This document shows, one piece after another, positions 35,421-64,000 of a stretch of DNA of 64,000 nucleotides; position 1 is the stretch's first letter; every line of letters starts with the position of its first letter. The notes below the pieces were generated by a model. That model had not been told where the DNA came from. It made no database searches and worked only from the letters and a program-made list of their open reading frames with translations. The DNA is from Chrysomallon squamiferum (Eukaryota > Animalia > Mollusca), in the NCBI GenBank assembly GCA_012295275.1, contig CM022673.1, positions 19,468,001-19,532,000 on the forward strand, written 5' to 3'. A program made the position numbers and the translations under genes.

Positions 35421-37005
35421 ATGTTGTTGGTAATATTTTTAATTATTGTCCTTCCAAGCAGCTTTTTTTTATGGTTGGCAACGATCGGTTTACAAACATT
35501 TCGCAAAGGTTTGTTTACAGTTATGAATTACTGATTTAATCAAATTAAAAATATATAAATTTAATACTGATCAATACCTTAGTGAGTGACTATGGGATGA
35601 AAATAACTGATAATATCAAACTGATTACTGTATATAGTCAAAGGTTCGTCATTTATATCACTTTCCAGAAAGTAGTTTTGCCATGAACTGTCACTGTCAG
35701 AATCATTTGTAACTGTTTTGAAACTACTAGTACTGGTAACTACGAATTTGCTGCATGTAACCAAGATATCGATAATTTTGGCCACAAACATGTTCGTAAC
35801 AGAGAGTAGACGTTTAAATATGTTTTATTTTTGTTTGAAACAGATGGAAACTCTTTTGTTATTTATTTATTTATTTATTTATTTTAATAAGTAATGACAA
35901 AAATGATTGATTTCAGCTAAAGTGCTCTGGCAGAATTTTCCTGGTACAGGTACAAAGCTATTTTTCTAGCTTCCACAAATCCAGAGAATCAAAAAACTGG
36001 CAACCTTTGAATCAGACTAATTTGAATTGGGCAGAACTTTGTTTTACTTTCTGTGATGCCAGTTCATATGAGAGTGCTGCTGTGTATGGGTGATGCTCCC
36101 ACAATAAATTAATTTTTGATTTTAACTTTCATTTTCATTTATTATAATGTATAAAAGACTAGCAGAAACACAACTTCCTAGTGAAAATAATTATCAGTAA
36201 ATGTAGTTGAAGAATTTTAAGTGAATTAATAAAGATAAAACAGACCCTGCTTTAAAAATGTATTAATTTGTATTTATTAAATACATTCTCATTCTTTAAT
36301 TTTCATAGCTTATTTTATATTTTAAGTGAAGATGTTATGTATTTCATTCCTGGTAAAACATGTCCTCCCTGACAATTGCAATACTCACTTTTAGTTCAAC
36401 AATTTTGTTTTGTTGCTTATTAAATTTTTAAAACTTTTTAGCTTTCAGGCAAGTTAAAATCTGAATTCATTAGTAATTATTAAAAGTTTTATAAAATCTG
36501 TCTGCAAGTAAATGCAAAAACACATTGAAAAAAGAAAATTCAGTGTATTGTCACGAAAGTAAATGTTGATATCCGAGAAAATTTTGTGCCTACGAAACAT
36601 CTTTTTGTTTCATATTGTTCCTTTAAGAAAAAACTTTTGAAGTCTTAAAGGTTGTGATGAATAAGCCATCAGTTGTTTTTTGAGTCAGAAACTGTCAAGG
36701 AACTAAGATAATCCTTTAGTTTAGTCATGTATAGCTTCATATGAAAAGACAAAGAAATACATATTTTTTAATAAAATCAGAAAAACAACATATACCTCAT
36801 ACAACTGAAACTATATCAGTCTGGCAGAAGTACCATGGAAATTCATTTTGAAGTCATAAAGTTGTTTTTTGTTAGTGTCAATAATTCATGTTTAGGGCAT
36901 ATAATAATACATATTGAGAAACTGCCAGGTGACATCTTCTTAACCTTCAACAGTTTGTGCCAAGAAGCTAAATCCAAGATAATTGATGAAACAGATACAT
37001 TACCA

Positions 37006-37038
<33 letters not shown>

Positions 37039-40000
37039 TTTTCTTATATATACGTATGTATGAGATATTATCATAAATCAGCTGCAAAGGCAAATGTTTA
37101 CAAGTTAAAACTTATCTGCATTTTGAGTTAGATATAATGCAGATAAAAAAGTACATCAGAAATATCAATGAACATAGATTGCAATCACAATTAGTTCACA
37201 TGAAGTAAGATTTAATAAGTACATGCAGATAAACAGTTGATATTCAACATCTGCTTTAGTTATATACTCTATACTGCAAAAAGGAAATCCCTTAATGTTC
37301 AGCACACCTCTAGAAATTCTGAGCAAAGTCAGTATTTACAGCCTTTTCGGAAACACCTTGTAGACTTTATGTTAGCAATCATAGCTGACAAGTGCAAAAT
37401 CACTTTGAAACTGGCTACAAGTGTGCACAGTGATTCATGGTGATGTCCATTAATGAGTGTAAATGATGTGTTCCATCCCTTATAGGCATTATTGTTCCTC
37501 ATGTCCTTGTGACATTACCGTGTGAACATGATAGCTGTGGGATAATTCTGTGAGGATGGAAATAACAGAACTTCAAATTCTGTTATTAAAAAACAACATC
37601 ACCATGTACCCTTATTTCATATATGTTAAGTTACAGTTCTTTATGGAGTTAGAGTATATTTAACAAATACACACACACACACACATACACACACACACAC
37701 ACACATATGAAGAGGCAGACATCTCTCAATTCAGAATAAATAGCAATATTGTTTGTTTAATTATATAACCATTTAGAAAATGTTAATCTGAGTTTATAAT
37801 AATTTTATTAACAATGATGTAGTAGCGTAACTAGTGTAAACAATGATGTATTTAAAGAAATAGATTTTTGATTTAATGTATTTTTAATCAAAGTAAGTTA
37901 ACCTTTACTAAATAACATATTGAAAGGAGCTATTTGTTTTGTCTAGGTCAGAAAAGCTGTCACTGGGTATAAATTTACATTATGCAAATATGTTCTGTGC
38001 ATTCAGAATATGATTCAGAATCTGTTCATGTTATTTTGCATATTTGTTGCAACAGAAATGGTGTCAGGTAAGCAATTCCAGTTTGTAACATTCATATAAA
38101 CTTGAAAAATGCTGGAAATTCAAACATGATTGAAATAAGCATTATCATACACATATTAGCTGGCTTTATTTGTAATGGTCATGCCATTTGTGCTGTTCAA
38201 AATAGTTTCTTTATAGATGCTGTTATAAACACACAAAAAAAGGATGGCAAATTTTTTAAAGGTTCTTTAAAATGATCTTCATTGACTGTATATTCTTGAA
38301 AAAAGAGTACAGTGTCTTTATAATGTCTACAACAAAAACTGTCATGTTCATACTAAAGATAGCAAAACATTTTTAGTGCAAAATTATAATTGATGGGTTT
38401 TCAGTTTGTTTTCTAATGATTGTCCATATTATTTGATGTATGAATATGAAGAGCTTGGTTTCAGATATGTTTTGCTAAAGACAAAAAAAAATAATAATCT
38501 AGGTTGCATATTTGTAGGATAATTTGGTCATGAATTTAGAACATCAATTTTTTAGGACTGTTGGTCCTAGTGGTTGATAGTAATGTTTATTAGAACTAAT
38601 GAAAAGACAGATTTGGTTGCAAATCCTATTTGAATTTGCCTTCTACCAGATTGAATTTTTTATTTTCTGATTTCATTTTTATCAGATGTCACATTTCTCA
38701 TTGGCATTATAACCAGATAAAGAGATGCCAATAAGTTTCACGTAGACAAATACCTCTGTCCAGATTTCAACATAATTTTGATATTGGTACCCAATGGAAT
38801 ATTCATTTAATGTATATAATGTTAGAAAGTTTGAATAATTATGAACAGGTGCACAAAATATGTCAAATTTGGATATAGATGTAGATGGAGATAGTGCAGT
38901 ATGTATACATACAGAAAATAGTGTCTTTGGCAAGCACTATGTCATGCATCTATCAAAATATGTATCACTTACCTTTTAGAAGTGAAACTATATAGTGTTG
39001 TCAGTTTATTTTTTTTTAAATGAAGTATTTTCTGCCACATATTGCATTATTAAAACTTGTAAGCTGTAATTAGTTCAATAATTATGCTTGTAATTTCATA
39101 TATATGATGTGTTTTTCATTATCATTCAAAATTTGATCGATTTAGAACAGTTGCTTCTTTGAGATGATCTAATTTAAAAATACTGAAACTGCAGTAATTT
39201 ATAATTTTATAACATCTCATAAAATAATGAAGTAAGGTATACTTGCAAAACCATCATCATTTTTTTAATACTGAAAAAAAGCTTTAAATGTTGAAGAAAG
39301 TACATATACTCACTTAGTCACAATTAGGTCATATTTTTTTTCCCTAGATTATGCAGCACCAGCTCCATGGCGATGGCTTTTTGCTACATGTGTTCCTGTG
39401 TTTATAGCATGGTGGGGTTTTCAGCGAAGGAGTCTGTGTAAAAGTGGAGCATTCACAGGTGTGTTTGTATTATGTGGTTTTTGTTTTTAAATTTATGTAA
39501 TATCTTATGTACTTTTGTATTTGTATGTAGTCATTGTTATTTGGAGATGTTAAATCAAATTAATATTATAAGTTTAATTTTTACACATTTGCAGCTATCC
39601 AAAGAAATATAATTATATTCAATGTTTGCTTTCTTTCAATTTTAATTTTAAAATAATAAATGATAATTGGATTTTGCAAGCTTTATTAACCTGTTATCTT
39701 AATGACTGATACTATTTATTATAAGAATTGAAATATAAATTGTGTTAAGGTCATCACATTTCAAAAGACTGTATCTTTAATCAGGGCTTTCAATTTTTTA
39801 TTATGATATTTTATATTGTGATCTTCAGTCCTTGACTCCTTGACTGCCTTTTGTCATCAGCAGCATCACTGTTCCTTTCTAGACATTCCATAAAATTCAA
39901 GATTTACTTTTCTTTTTTTCTCAGTAATTATTTTGATATAGCATGACCAGAATGAGATAATTGATTCAAATAAATTAGTACTTATTTTAAGTTGTTGTCT

Positions 40001-43000
40001 TAGGGAGATAAAACTTGTACATGGAATTTGATGAAAAGCCACCCACAGTTTATTATAATCAAGGTTTTTCAAAAGATAATTATAATTTAAATATGTATAG
40101 GTGAGCCACTGAGAAGTCAGTAATTAACATATTAGTTTGAACAAAAGTTTGTAGCATTTTTCTATAGGGTGTGTTTGAGTACATCATTTCAATTCACATA
40201 TGTCTCAATACATATACATATTCTGAAACGTGAATAAAATGAAAACTACTGTGACTTTTTTCTTTTTTTTGTTATTGTCCACACAGCCAGATAGTTTTAG
40301 CATTAACTGTCAAGTGATTGTTTTTACACTTACTGTAATTGTTGTATATCAGTAAGTACATATCAGCAATGTATTTAGATATTCATTTGTAAGATTGTTT
40401 TTACACTTACTGTAATTGTTGTATTCAGTAATGTATTTAGATATTCATTTGTAAGATTGTTTTTACACTTACCGTAATTGTTGTATATCAGTAAGTACAT
40501 ATCAGTAATGTATTTAGATATTCATTTGTAAGATTTTTACACTTACTGTAATTGTTGATGTTGCATATCAGTAATGTAATTAGATATTTATCTGTAACAG
40601 ATTTAAATTCTTTCATTTTGCAGGCCTTGCTGTTGGATTTATCTTGTCTCTTGGAAATCTGTGTTTTTGTACATCTTTATTCACATTCTTTTTGGCTGGA
40701 TCTAAAGTAACAAAATTCAGGTCTTACAGAAAAAAGAAACAAATGGAAGACTTCAAAGAAGGTTGATTTTATGAGAAATACACTATAATTTCATTTTAAT
40801 TTACACATTCAGTTTTAAATAACATTTATGTCCATAAAACCAACCTCTGAAATTAAATCAAAATCGGTTATCTCGATTTTGCTATGACTAAAACTCTGCG
40901 GGAATTATTACATTATCAAATTGGACTGAACAGTGTTCCATTGTAAATGGATAACTACTCAGTAGTTTTGGTTGCAAGAAACATTGTTCGCATGTTGGAT
41001 AAAGTGGGGTAATTTTAGCCACCTTTTCCATTCAACCTCATCTACAGTTTCACAGACAAAAGGAAACAACAAAATAGACTAATAGTGTGTAGTATATTTA
41101 TGTCTGCTTCAGTATACACAAACAATACAATCTTTGATACTTTTGAAATGTGTAACATGTTAAATATTTTTGTAAGGGGCCAGATTGGCCCAAACATTTT
41201 GGTATTTTGGTCCTCAGAATTGTTTTACTTGTTACTGCTATGTCTGTGTAATCATTGTCTCCTACTGATAATTAGTCATAATCATAATACATCTCCACAT
41301 TGTAAATGATTGGTTACCTACATCCTTTGTTCTAATGAGAGCTAGGGGGAGGTTTCAATTTGTATCAACAATGTTCCAGTAGTCTATAGAGAGCAATATA
41401 ATGGCTATAAATTAAAATATACATTGGGGCCAGAAATGCCTGGTAACCAGAATTACCTCACCTTAACCTATTTGTCATTGTGATAACTGCTTTTGTTACT
41501 GTTGAAAAATATTAGTTCATTTGACAAATTTGACAAACCTGTGCTAATAAAGGGTAGAGTAAACTTCAAGATAACCAAATTATATTTAAAATATATAATG
41601 ATAGTGCAAAAATGAGCAAATTGTGACATTATAGACATAATATATGAAGATGGGCAGTAACTTTTTTCAGCTATATGCAGATACAAAAATATGACTTCTA
41701 TAAAATTACCATAATTAAGAAAAATATTATTTATTATTATTAGTTATGATAATGAATGTCATTGTTATTACAGGAGGACAGAGGAACTGGATGCAAGTGG
41801 TGTGTAATGGAGGAATAGCTACACAATTTGCACTATTGTACATACTTGAAACTGGTTGTGTAGAGAAACCCATTGATTTCCAGGCATACTACCTGTCGTC
41901 TTGGTTTTCTGTTGCAGTGCTGGGTTCATTGGCATGTTGTTGTGGGGACACATTTTCATCTGAGATTGGCTCAGTGGTTGGCTCTGGAGATCCATGGCTT
42001 ATAACAACATTCCAAAAGGTTCCTCGAGGTAACATTGTTGTCAGCATTTTCAAAAGTTAAAATTATTAAATTTGAACTAGTTATTATTTAAAAATATCTA
42101 AAAGAACATTGCTTCATTACAAATCAAAACTAAATTTAATTATTTGTATTAAACTTAAAAAAAAAAAAAGATGTATAAACAAATGTCATATTTTCTCAAA
42201 ATTAGTAGAAGTTGGCCAAAAATATTTTGAGAAATGCTTGGTTTTTCATGTCAAAATTGGCAAATGAATCAGTTTTGAGATTTTCCCTCTATTTTTTTTA
42301 TCTATCTGTTATACATTCCTATTCTTGGTGCATCAATATAATGTTTATTTTTTCCCTGCATTATTATTATGCAGAAAAAGGCAGTTTTGCATGCTTTTAA
42401 ACTTGAGACAATCCCTGACAAATCAAGCCTCACTAGAAAGCTTGAAACATCATCATTACATATATGGGCATGAATGTTAATATGTTAAAATCTGTGCTTT
42501 TCAACCTCTTAGATTGCTTAGAACACATCCCCTGTAATGTTCAGCAGTGTAAGCTATTTTTATCACATGGAAGCAATGACAAAGTCATGCCATTTGTTGT
42601 TGATCTCAGGGTTCAGTAAAAGATCATTTAATAAACCTATAAATAAATGCATGCACATTGCTTGGCAGCTGACCTAGATAAAAGAAAAAGAAAGATACAG
42701 TTATAACAATAGCACTGAATATTGATAGAATATTGAATGTAATTGTGCACAGTTTAACTGTTTGATTGAAGAATATTCTTTGGAGCATTTGACAGTGAGA
42801 TGGATGAGGATGAAGATGATTAACTAACTAAGAGACAGATGAAAATTATTTCAACTTTATGGAAAACAACTTCCAAACATAGGAATGCACCTGTTACAGC
42901 ACTGGAATAGGGTAGGAAACAAGGCAGGATTTGTCAGTCTTCCTTATCACCTGTATGCAGTAAGTGAGGCTCTGGAAAAAAGAAATAAGTAAAAATATAT

Positions 43001-45508
43001 TATTTACTTAGATCGATAGTTTGTTTTTATTATTGCTTAGAAGAGAAAATATTCATTTATATATAAAATTAAATTTACTGTTGCTGTTCAGTGGAAAAAC
43101 AATGATTCCCAGCCTCAAAAATGTTCATACTTACATAAGTAGATAAAGTTGTGTTAAGATATGACTTTTTTGTTTTTCCTATTCTTAATTAATTTTATTC
43201 TTGATTTTTACTTTCATTTTGTTTCTATGCCATAATCACTCCAAATTTAGTGTATCTGAATTCATGTATACTGTGCAGGTTTGAGCCTTTTTTCCAAACA
43301 TGGGAATTACATTACCAGTTATTTTTATTATAGAAACACTCAGAATAATTTCATTATCTTTAAGCTGTTAGATAAGCCCATTTAATCAGCTCTATCAGAG
43401 TAACATATTTTTCCTTTTAAGTCATGCAACCCAAAGAATAATGGTTGTACAGGTTCTTGAACATTCTTAACAATATTTAAACCATCTTCATTATTTTTCT
43501 AATAAAGGTATTGTATTCATATTAGAAGAATATCATAACAATGTTGATATCTTTAAGTTGGCCAAATTAAATCAAGATCTGTCCATATTTAACTACAGTA
43601 AATACCCACAAATAAACTGAATACTCTGAAAGCCATTTTCTGCATTTTAAGGTTTCTACCCTCAGTGCTTTTATCATGCCATAATTACCTTAGTATTGAT
43701 GGATCTTCTATTATAATACATCATAAGAAAGCAGAAATGCTGCTATTTTAAGTGGTTCTATAACTCATTTTTTATTATTATTTTTTTTTTTTTGTGACTC
43801 ATTTTGTGAAAACATGACACAAATGTACATCACTTGAACGTGTATTAGGAAATTTAAGCAATTTGTAAGAACTTGGCCAACTTCATTTAGGATTAAAGAT
43901 GTAATTAATACATTTTAAAAATTTACATGTTACACATATAGTAATTAAATAATTTTAAAAAAGATAGAATTTCCTTTTCAAATAGTATGAAAGAATAACT
44001 TTGTGTAATTTTTTTAGGAACAAATGGTGGTGTATCAATAATTGGAACACTTAGTAGCATTTTTGCAGGGATTCTTGTGGGACTTTCTTATTATGTTACT
44101 TTATTGTTATGTGTGCCACAATTGGCCCTAGAAGAAAGTCCTGTACAATGGCCCATTGTTATTCTCGGAGGAGCAGGGGGTCTTCTTGGAACCATGATTG
44201 ATTCATTCTTAGGAGCAACATGTCAGTATTCAGGTATCCTGATAATATCAAATGATCATTTTTTTACTTAATGTTATTACTCATTCTTCTTTTTTTTTTC
44301 TTTATTATTACTTCATTTTTCTTATTTTGTTTGCTCTTAGCATTTAGAAAAGTAATTTTTGTTTTGTTTTTTTTGTTATGGGAAAATGTTAATAAAATGC
44401 GGTAATATTAATTAATTTATTTAAAAACCACATTCTGGTTATAGAGCTACAGTCAAGTCACAGGGTTTTTTTTTTGGATATATTTATATAGTCATTTTAA
44501 AAAATATGCTTAAATCATCCTGGCTTGTTTTACCCATGTCATCAGATGAATGCACCACACTTGGTCTGAATAGATTAACATGGCAGTTGCATGCAGTTCT
44601 AAAAACTGTTCCCTTTCAATGGATGCTAGTTTCAGGCCATTGGATAACTTAATTGTCTTTACATTCAAATGCTGATGAAAAAGAGGAAGGAAATGTGTTA
44701 AGGCAGAATGTGCTAGAGGCAATCCATCAATCCAAACAGCCATTAATGGTATTAAAGAAGTGAATGAAATGTCAAAAAACTACTCACAAAATGTTGGTGG
44801 TTGGTAAGACAAATTCTGAATTGATCTTAGTTTCTGAGATAGTAGATTTTGTCAATTAATATATTTCTTTAACAGAAAATTTATATGTTCATACTCACTT
44901 CCCTCATTGCACATAAACTGGGAGCACCAACCTGGAAATGCCGTTTTGAGGATTATATGATAGTTTGCATATTTAAACCAAAAGTGATCTGTTTGGCTCC
45001 CATTATGTGATGTATTGCCAATAGACATCAGCATCCCTCTGTGATCATCACTAAGAGCTTTGTATCAAAAATATGACATCACACATAATTATGTAACACT
45101 TAGCCTAAGGATGATTTAAAACCAAGGCAGGTCAAAAAGTGAGATGGATTGTCACTATAATAAAAACCAACCATCAAGTAAATTTTGATATGTTGGTACT
45201 AAATAACAGACAAATGTATTTTTCATGATTGTAGGTCTTTAAAAATGAAAAAAAAATTACAATGCAAAATTCTCTTTAGCCTTTAAAATCTTTAAATTAT
45301 AGTTAAATGTTTACTAAATAAAAAATTATTTTCAGGTTATAACAAAAATCGTCACTGCGTCGTGGAACATCCAGGTCCAGATGTGGAACATATCAGTGGA
45401 TGTCAGTTACTGAATAATCACAGTGTTAATCTGTTGTCCTCACTGGTCACTGGTCTTACCCTACCAAACATTGCCTACTTCTCATACTTGTATTTAAATG
45501 ATTTATAG
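35421..45508 (+). CDS. TMEM19: Transmembrane protein 19 (DUF92 family), 326 aa
   Basis: Exons 35421-35508, 39348-39458, 40624-40761, 41774-42028, 44018-44233 and 45336-45508 (981 nt, all phase-1 GT-AG introns). Motifs PWRWLF, FKEGGQRNWMQVVCNG, GDTFSSEIG, VPRGTNGGVS, IDSFLGATCQYSG and LNNHSVNLLSS match human TMEM19. Confidence 0.95.
40316..40597. repeat. Minisatellite, about 4 copies of a ~60-78-bp unit
   Basis: Repeated GATTGTTTTTACACTTACTGTAATTGTTGTA...CAGTAATGTATTTAGATATTCATTTGTAA, ending about 25 bp before the TMEM19 exon 3 acceptor. Confidence 0.85.
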
Positions 45509-47999
45509 TTGTCTCCTAAAAAGAATAATGCAAAACAAGACTCGATATTTATGTAAAGTCGTGTTCAGTAGGATAAAATAAGCTCAATACAATAGATATT
45601 TTTTATTCATTTATGTCTGAAAATTTTTACATAACATACTGCAAGCAGACCTATTAATGTACTCTTCACACATTCACATTCACTGGTTTAGATAACCTAC
45701 TGCCATTTCAGAAGTAATAGCATTTGGTGTTTAAATACTTACTTTAATTTGACAGTAGCATATATAGCACACAATATTACTTGCTACCATAATTTCCATT
45801 ATTCTTGTCATTTTGATATGTTTATAATTTACAGAGAAATTTTCATTTTCCACTTGAGTTATTTTGGAGATAAACATTTTTGTTATTTTATAGGATAATT
45901 ATTCTCAGAATAATTTAAATAGGTTTCATTTCTTTTCTTTCTCTTTTGTTGTTGTAATTAAAATTTATTTTAGAAGAGAAATTCAATGGAAACAGATCAG
46001 ATTTAATGTAAAGTTTGCTTCTGTTCTGAATGATTGCCTTGGAATGATTTGTTTGCATTCTAATCAGCATGAAAACATTTGTCTCTGTTTTACATAGGTT
46101 GTGGTAATAATGAAAATGTTATTTAGTTTGATGTCTTAATAAATTAATGAATTTAATGGCTTTTTCAGCTACTAACGTAACATGTATTCCAGAAATATCC
46201 AGAAGTTACATACTGCTACAAGTATAGGTAGGTTCTAAAAGATAATAATCAGAATGGTAAACTTGAACAATCATAAGATAAAGCAAATACAACACAGTTG
46301 TCCTTAATGAACATAGAAATTAACTTTCTTATTTCATTACATTATGTTATAATAAAACCCAAACTTCTGGGTCCTATGAAGCTGTTGAATGGGACAAAGG
46401 TCTCTAGCAGAGTTTAAAAATTTAATTTTTAAAATAAACACCTTGAAAGAATAAATTCAGTTTTTAACACTCACCATTTTATAATTTTGTTTTCCTTAAG
46501 CATGAAAATTAAAGTCAAACTTAATGACTAAAGTGTAAATGTTTTCTGAGCTGAAAATCTTTTCAAATTTGGGCAAAATTGAAGGATCTTGGGAAAGCCT
46601 GTTATAGCTTACTGAAATTTTAATATTTGTGTACAAATATAATACCTTAAGATAGAGTTCTAATTCATCAGTCTAAAAACCATGTGGTAGCTTTTAAAAG
46701 CCTACTGTAAGAGTCCCATCTAGTCATAAACATCTTTTACTGTTGACAGTATCAGTAACCATTTTCATGAATATGTTGTAACAATACTTCATTAAAAAAG
46801 AAATGCATAAAATTAATAAAGTTTTTATTTGTAGTAGATGTTTTATGATTTGGATTAAATAAAATTGGTAAGATCTGTTCAATAACTACAAGCAAGAAAG
46901 TTATATCAAAAATGCGTAGCTAAAACTGGTATATTATTTCTTTTTAAAATAGTTAATAAAATGCTCAACTAATCTGCCATTACATTATTATTACTGAAGC
47001 CAACAGAAAATTTTGGTATTTTAATTTTCAGTCTCATTAAATGTTATTTATCCAGTTTTCTTCTATTACAAGTCAATTATCTCTAAAACAACAACAACAA
47101 AACTTCAGTAGTCAAGGTGTAAAATGGCAGTGTTCTAATGTTTTGTAACACTATTGTTTTATTGTTGTGCTTTGTCATGGTTGCCCTGAAATAATCTAAT
47201 AACTTGAATGCACAAAGAAAAGTATTAGATCATTTATTCACACCATCAGTGGTACACATTAACTTTTCTTGTATATTTGCTGATGTAACAGAAAAACAAG
47301 TTTACTGCTGTCGACCACAGATAACTTCTCATTTATCATCATTTCACTATAATCAATCAAGACAGCATATTAAGGACAACCACATGCAAACACACACACA
47401 CAACCTCCCCACCCCTCAAAATGCACCATACAGGTTATGTCCTTAAAGAGACCAAATAAATAATTCTGCCTAAGAAATGTTTAATTTAACAGTAACAGTA
47501 AGGTATCATATGCTGAGCATAAAAGAAATGTTATATTAGTATTATATTAACAACTGGATCAGTAATGAATCAGTCTGTCATAATCATTACTGAATACTAT
47601 AACAAAAATAGGCCCATGGCCATGCCAAAAGTAACTCGAAGATAACCAAGAGTATTTGACAATTTCTTTCCAATAATTGTATAAAACACAAATGTTATAT
47701 GGGTAAAATGAGCCTCAAATTATAAATTATCATGGATAACCCATAACAAAATGTTTAAAAAAAAAAAATACAAGAAATGTTAAATGATAAACTTGCATGA
47801 TTTAAACTGACAGTTACTTGCTGATGTAAGTAATGTTACTAGTGTAATAAAAAATCTTTGAAATGGCACTGTTTATCCAGGTAAATTTGTTTTATACTTC
47901 AGGATAGTGTGTAATTTTGCTACTGTGCAATTTTGCTGGCTTACTGGTTTCACCAATTTCAACAACTGAAGATTTTATTTCTTTTTTTTTCTTAAATGT

Positions 48000-63806
<15,807 letters not shown>

Positions 63807-64000
63807 CTACACATAAAATAACTAATTAGTTTGGTATATGTTGTAAGATGAGTGATTTGTTTAAGTAGTAATACCTTAGTTAAACCCTTGTTTAACTGTT
63901 TACAAAAGAATGGCATTAAATATATGTCTTATTACATATCTGAATTATAACATATATGTAATTGTAAAAAGGCATACTTGGGTGTTCAGATGGCTATCTA

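Noticed and set aside
44510-45170. GC-richer patch with short ORFs in TMEM19 intron 5
   Set aside because: All frames are interrupted and no motif was recognisable; probably an old repeat.

Overview
AT-rich animal genomic DNA with spliced GT-AG genes. It is probably molluscan; this is inferred from composition and a SINE I recall from gastropods. Left to right: (1) the long terminal exon of an RI-type LRR (NLR-like) gene; (2) two small uncharacterised paralogous genes arranged head-to-head around a putative RFX X-box/forkhead promoter, with a decayed Chapaev3-like relic between them and an internally deleted DD35D pogo element in one intron; (3) a very large progranulin gene on the minus strand (about 1329 aa, 16 granulin modules plus a half-module), whose core is a tandem array of 12 nearly identical ~730-bp exon+intron units; (4) TMEM19 (+ strand, 6 coding exons), head-to-head with progranulin; (5) DDX42 (- strand, 16 exons seen, 5' end outside the window), with a Sola2-like transposon and SINE copies in its introns. 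The most interesting items are the paralog pair, which shares an unrecognised repeated motif and may encode ciliary/sperm proteins, and the exon-amplified progranulin, whose linkers vary and include periodic KR sites. All exon models were hand-spliced from the sequence; no database searches were run.
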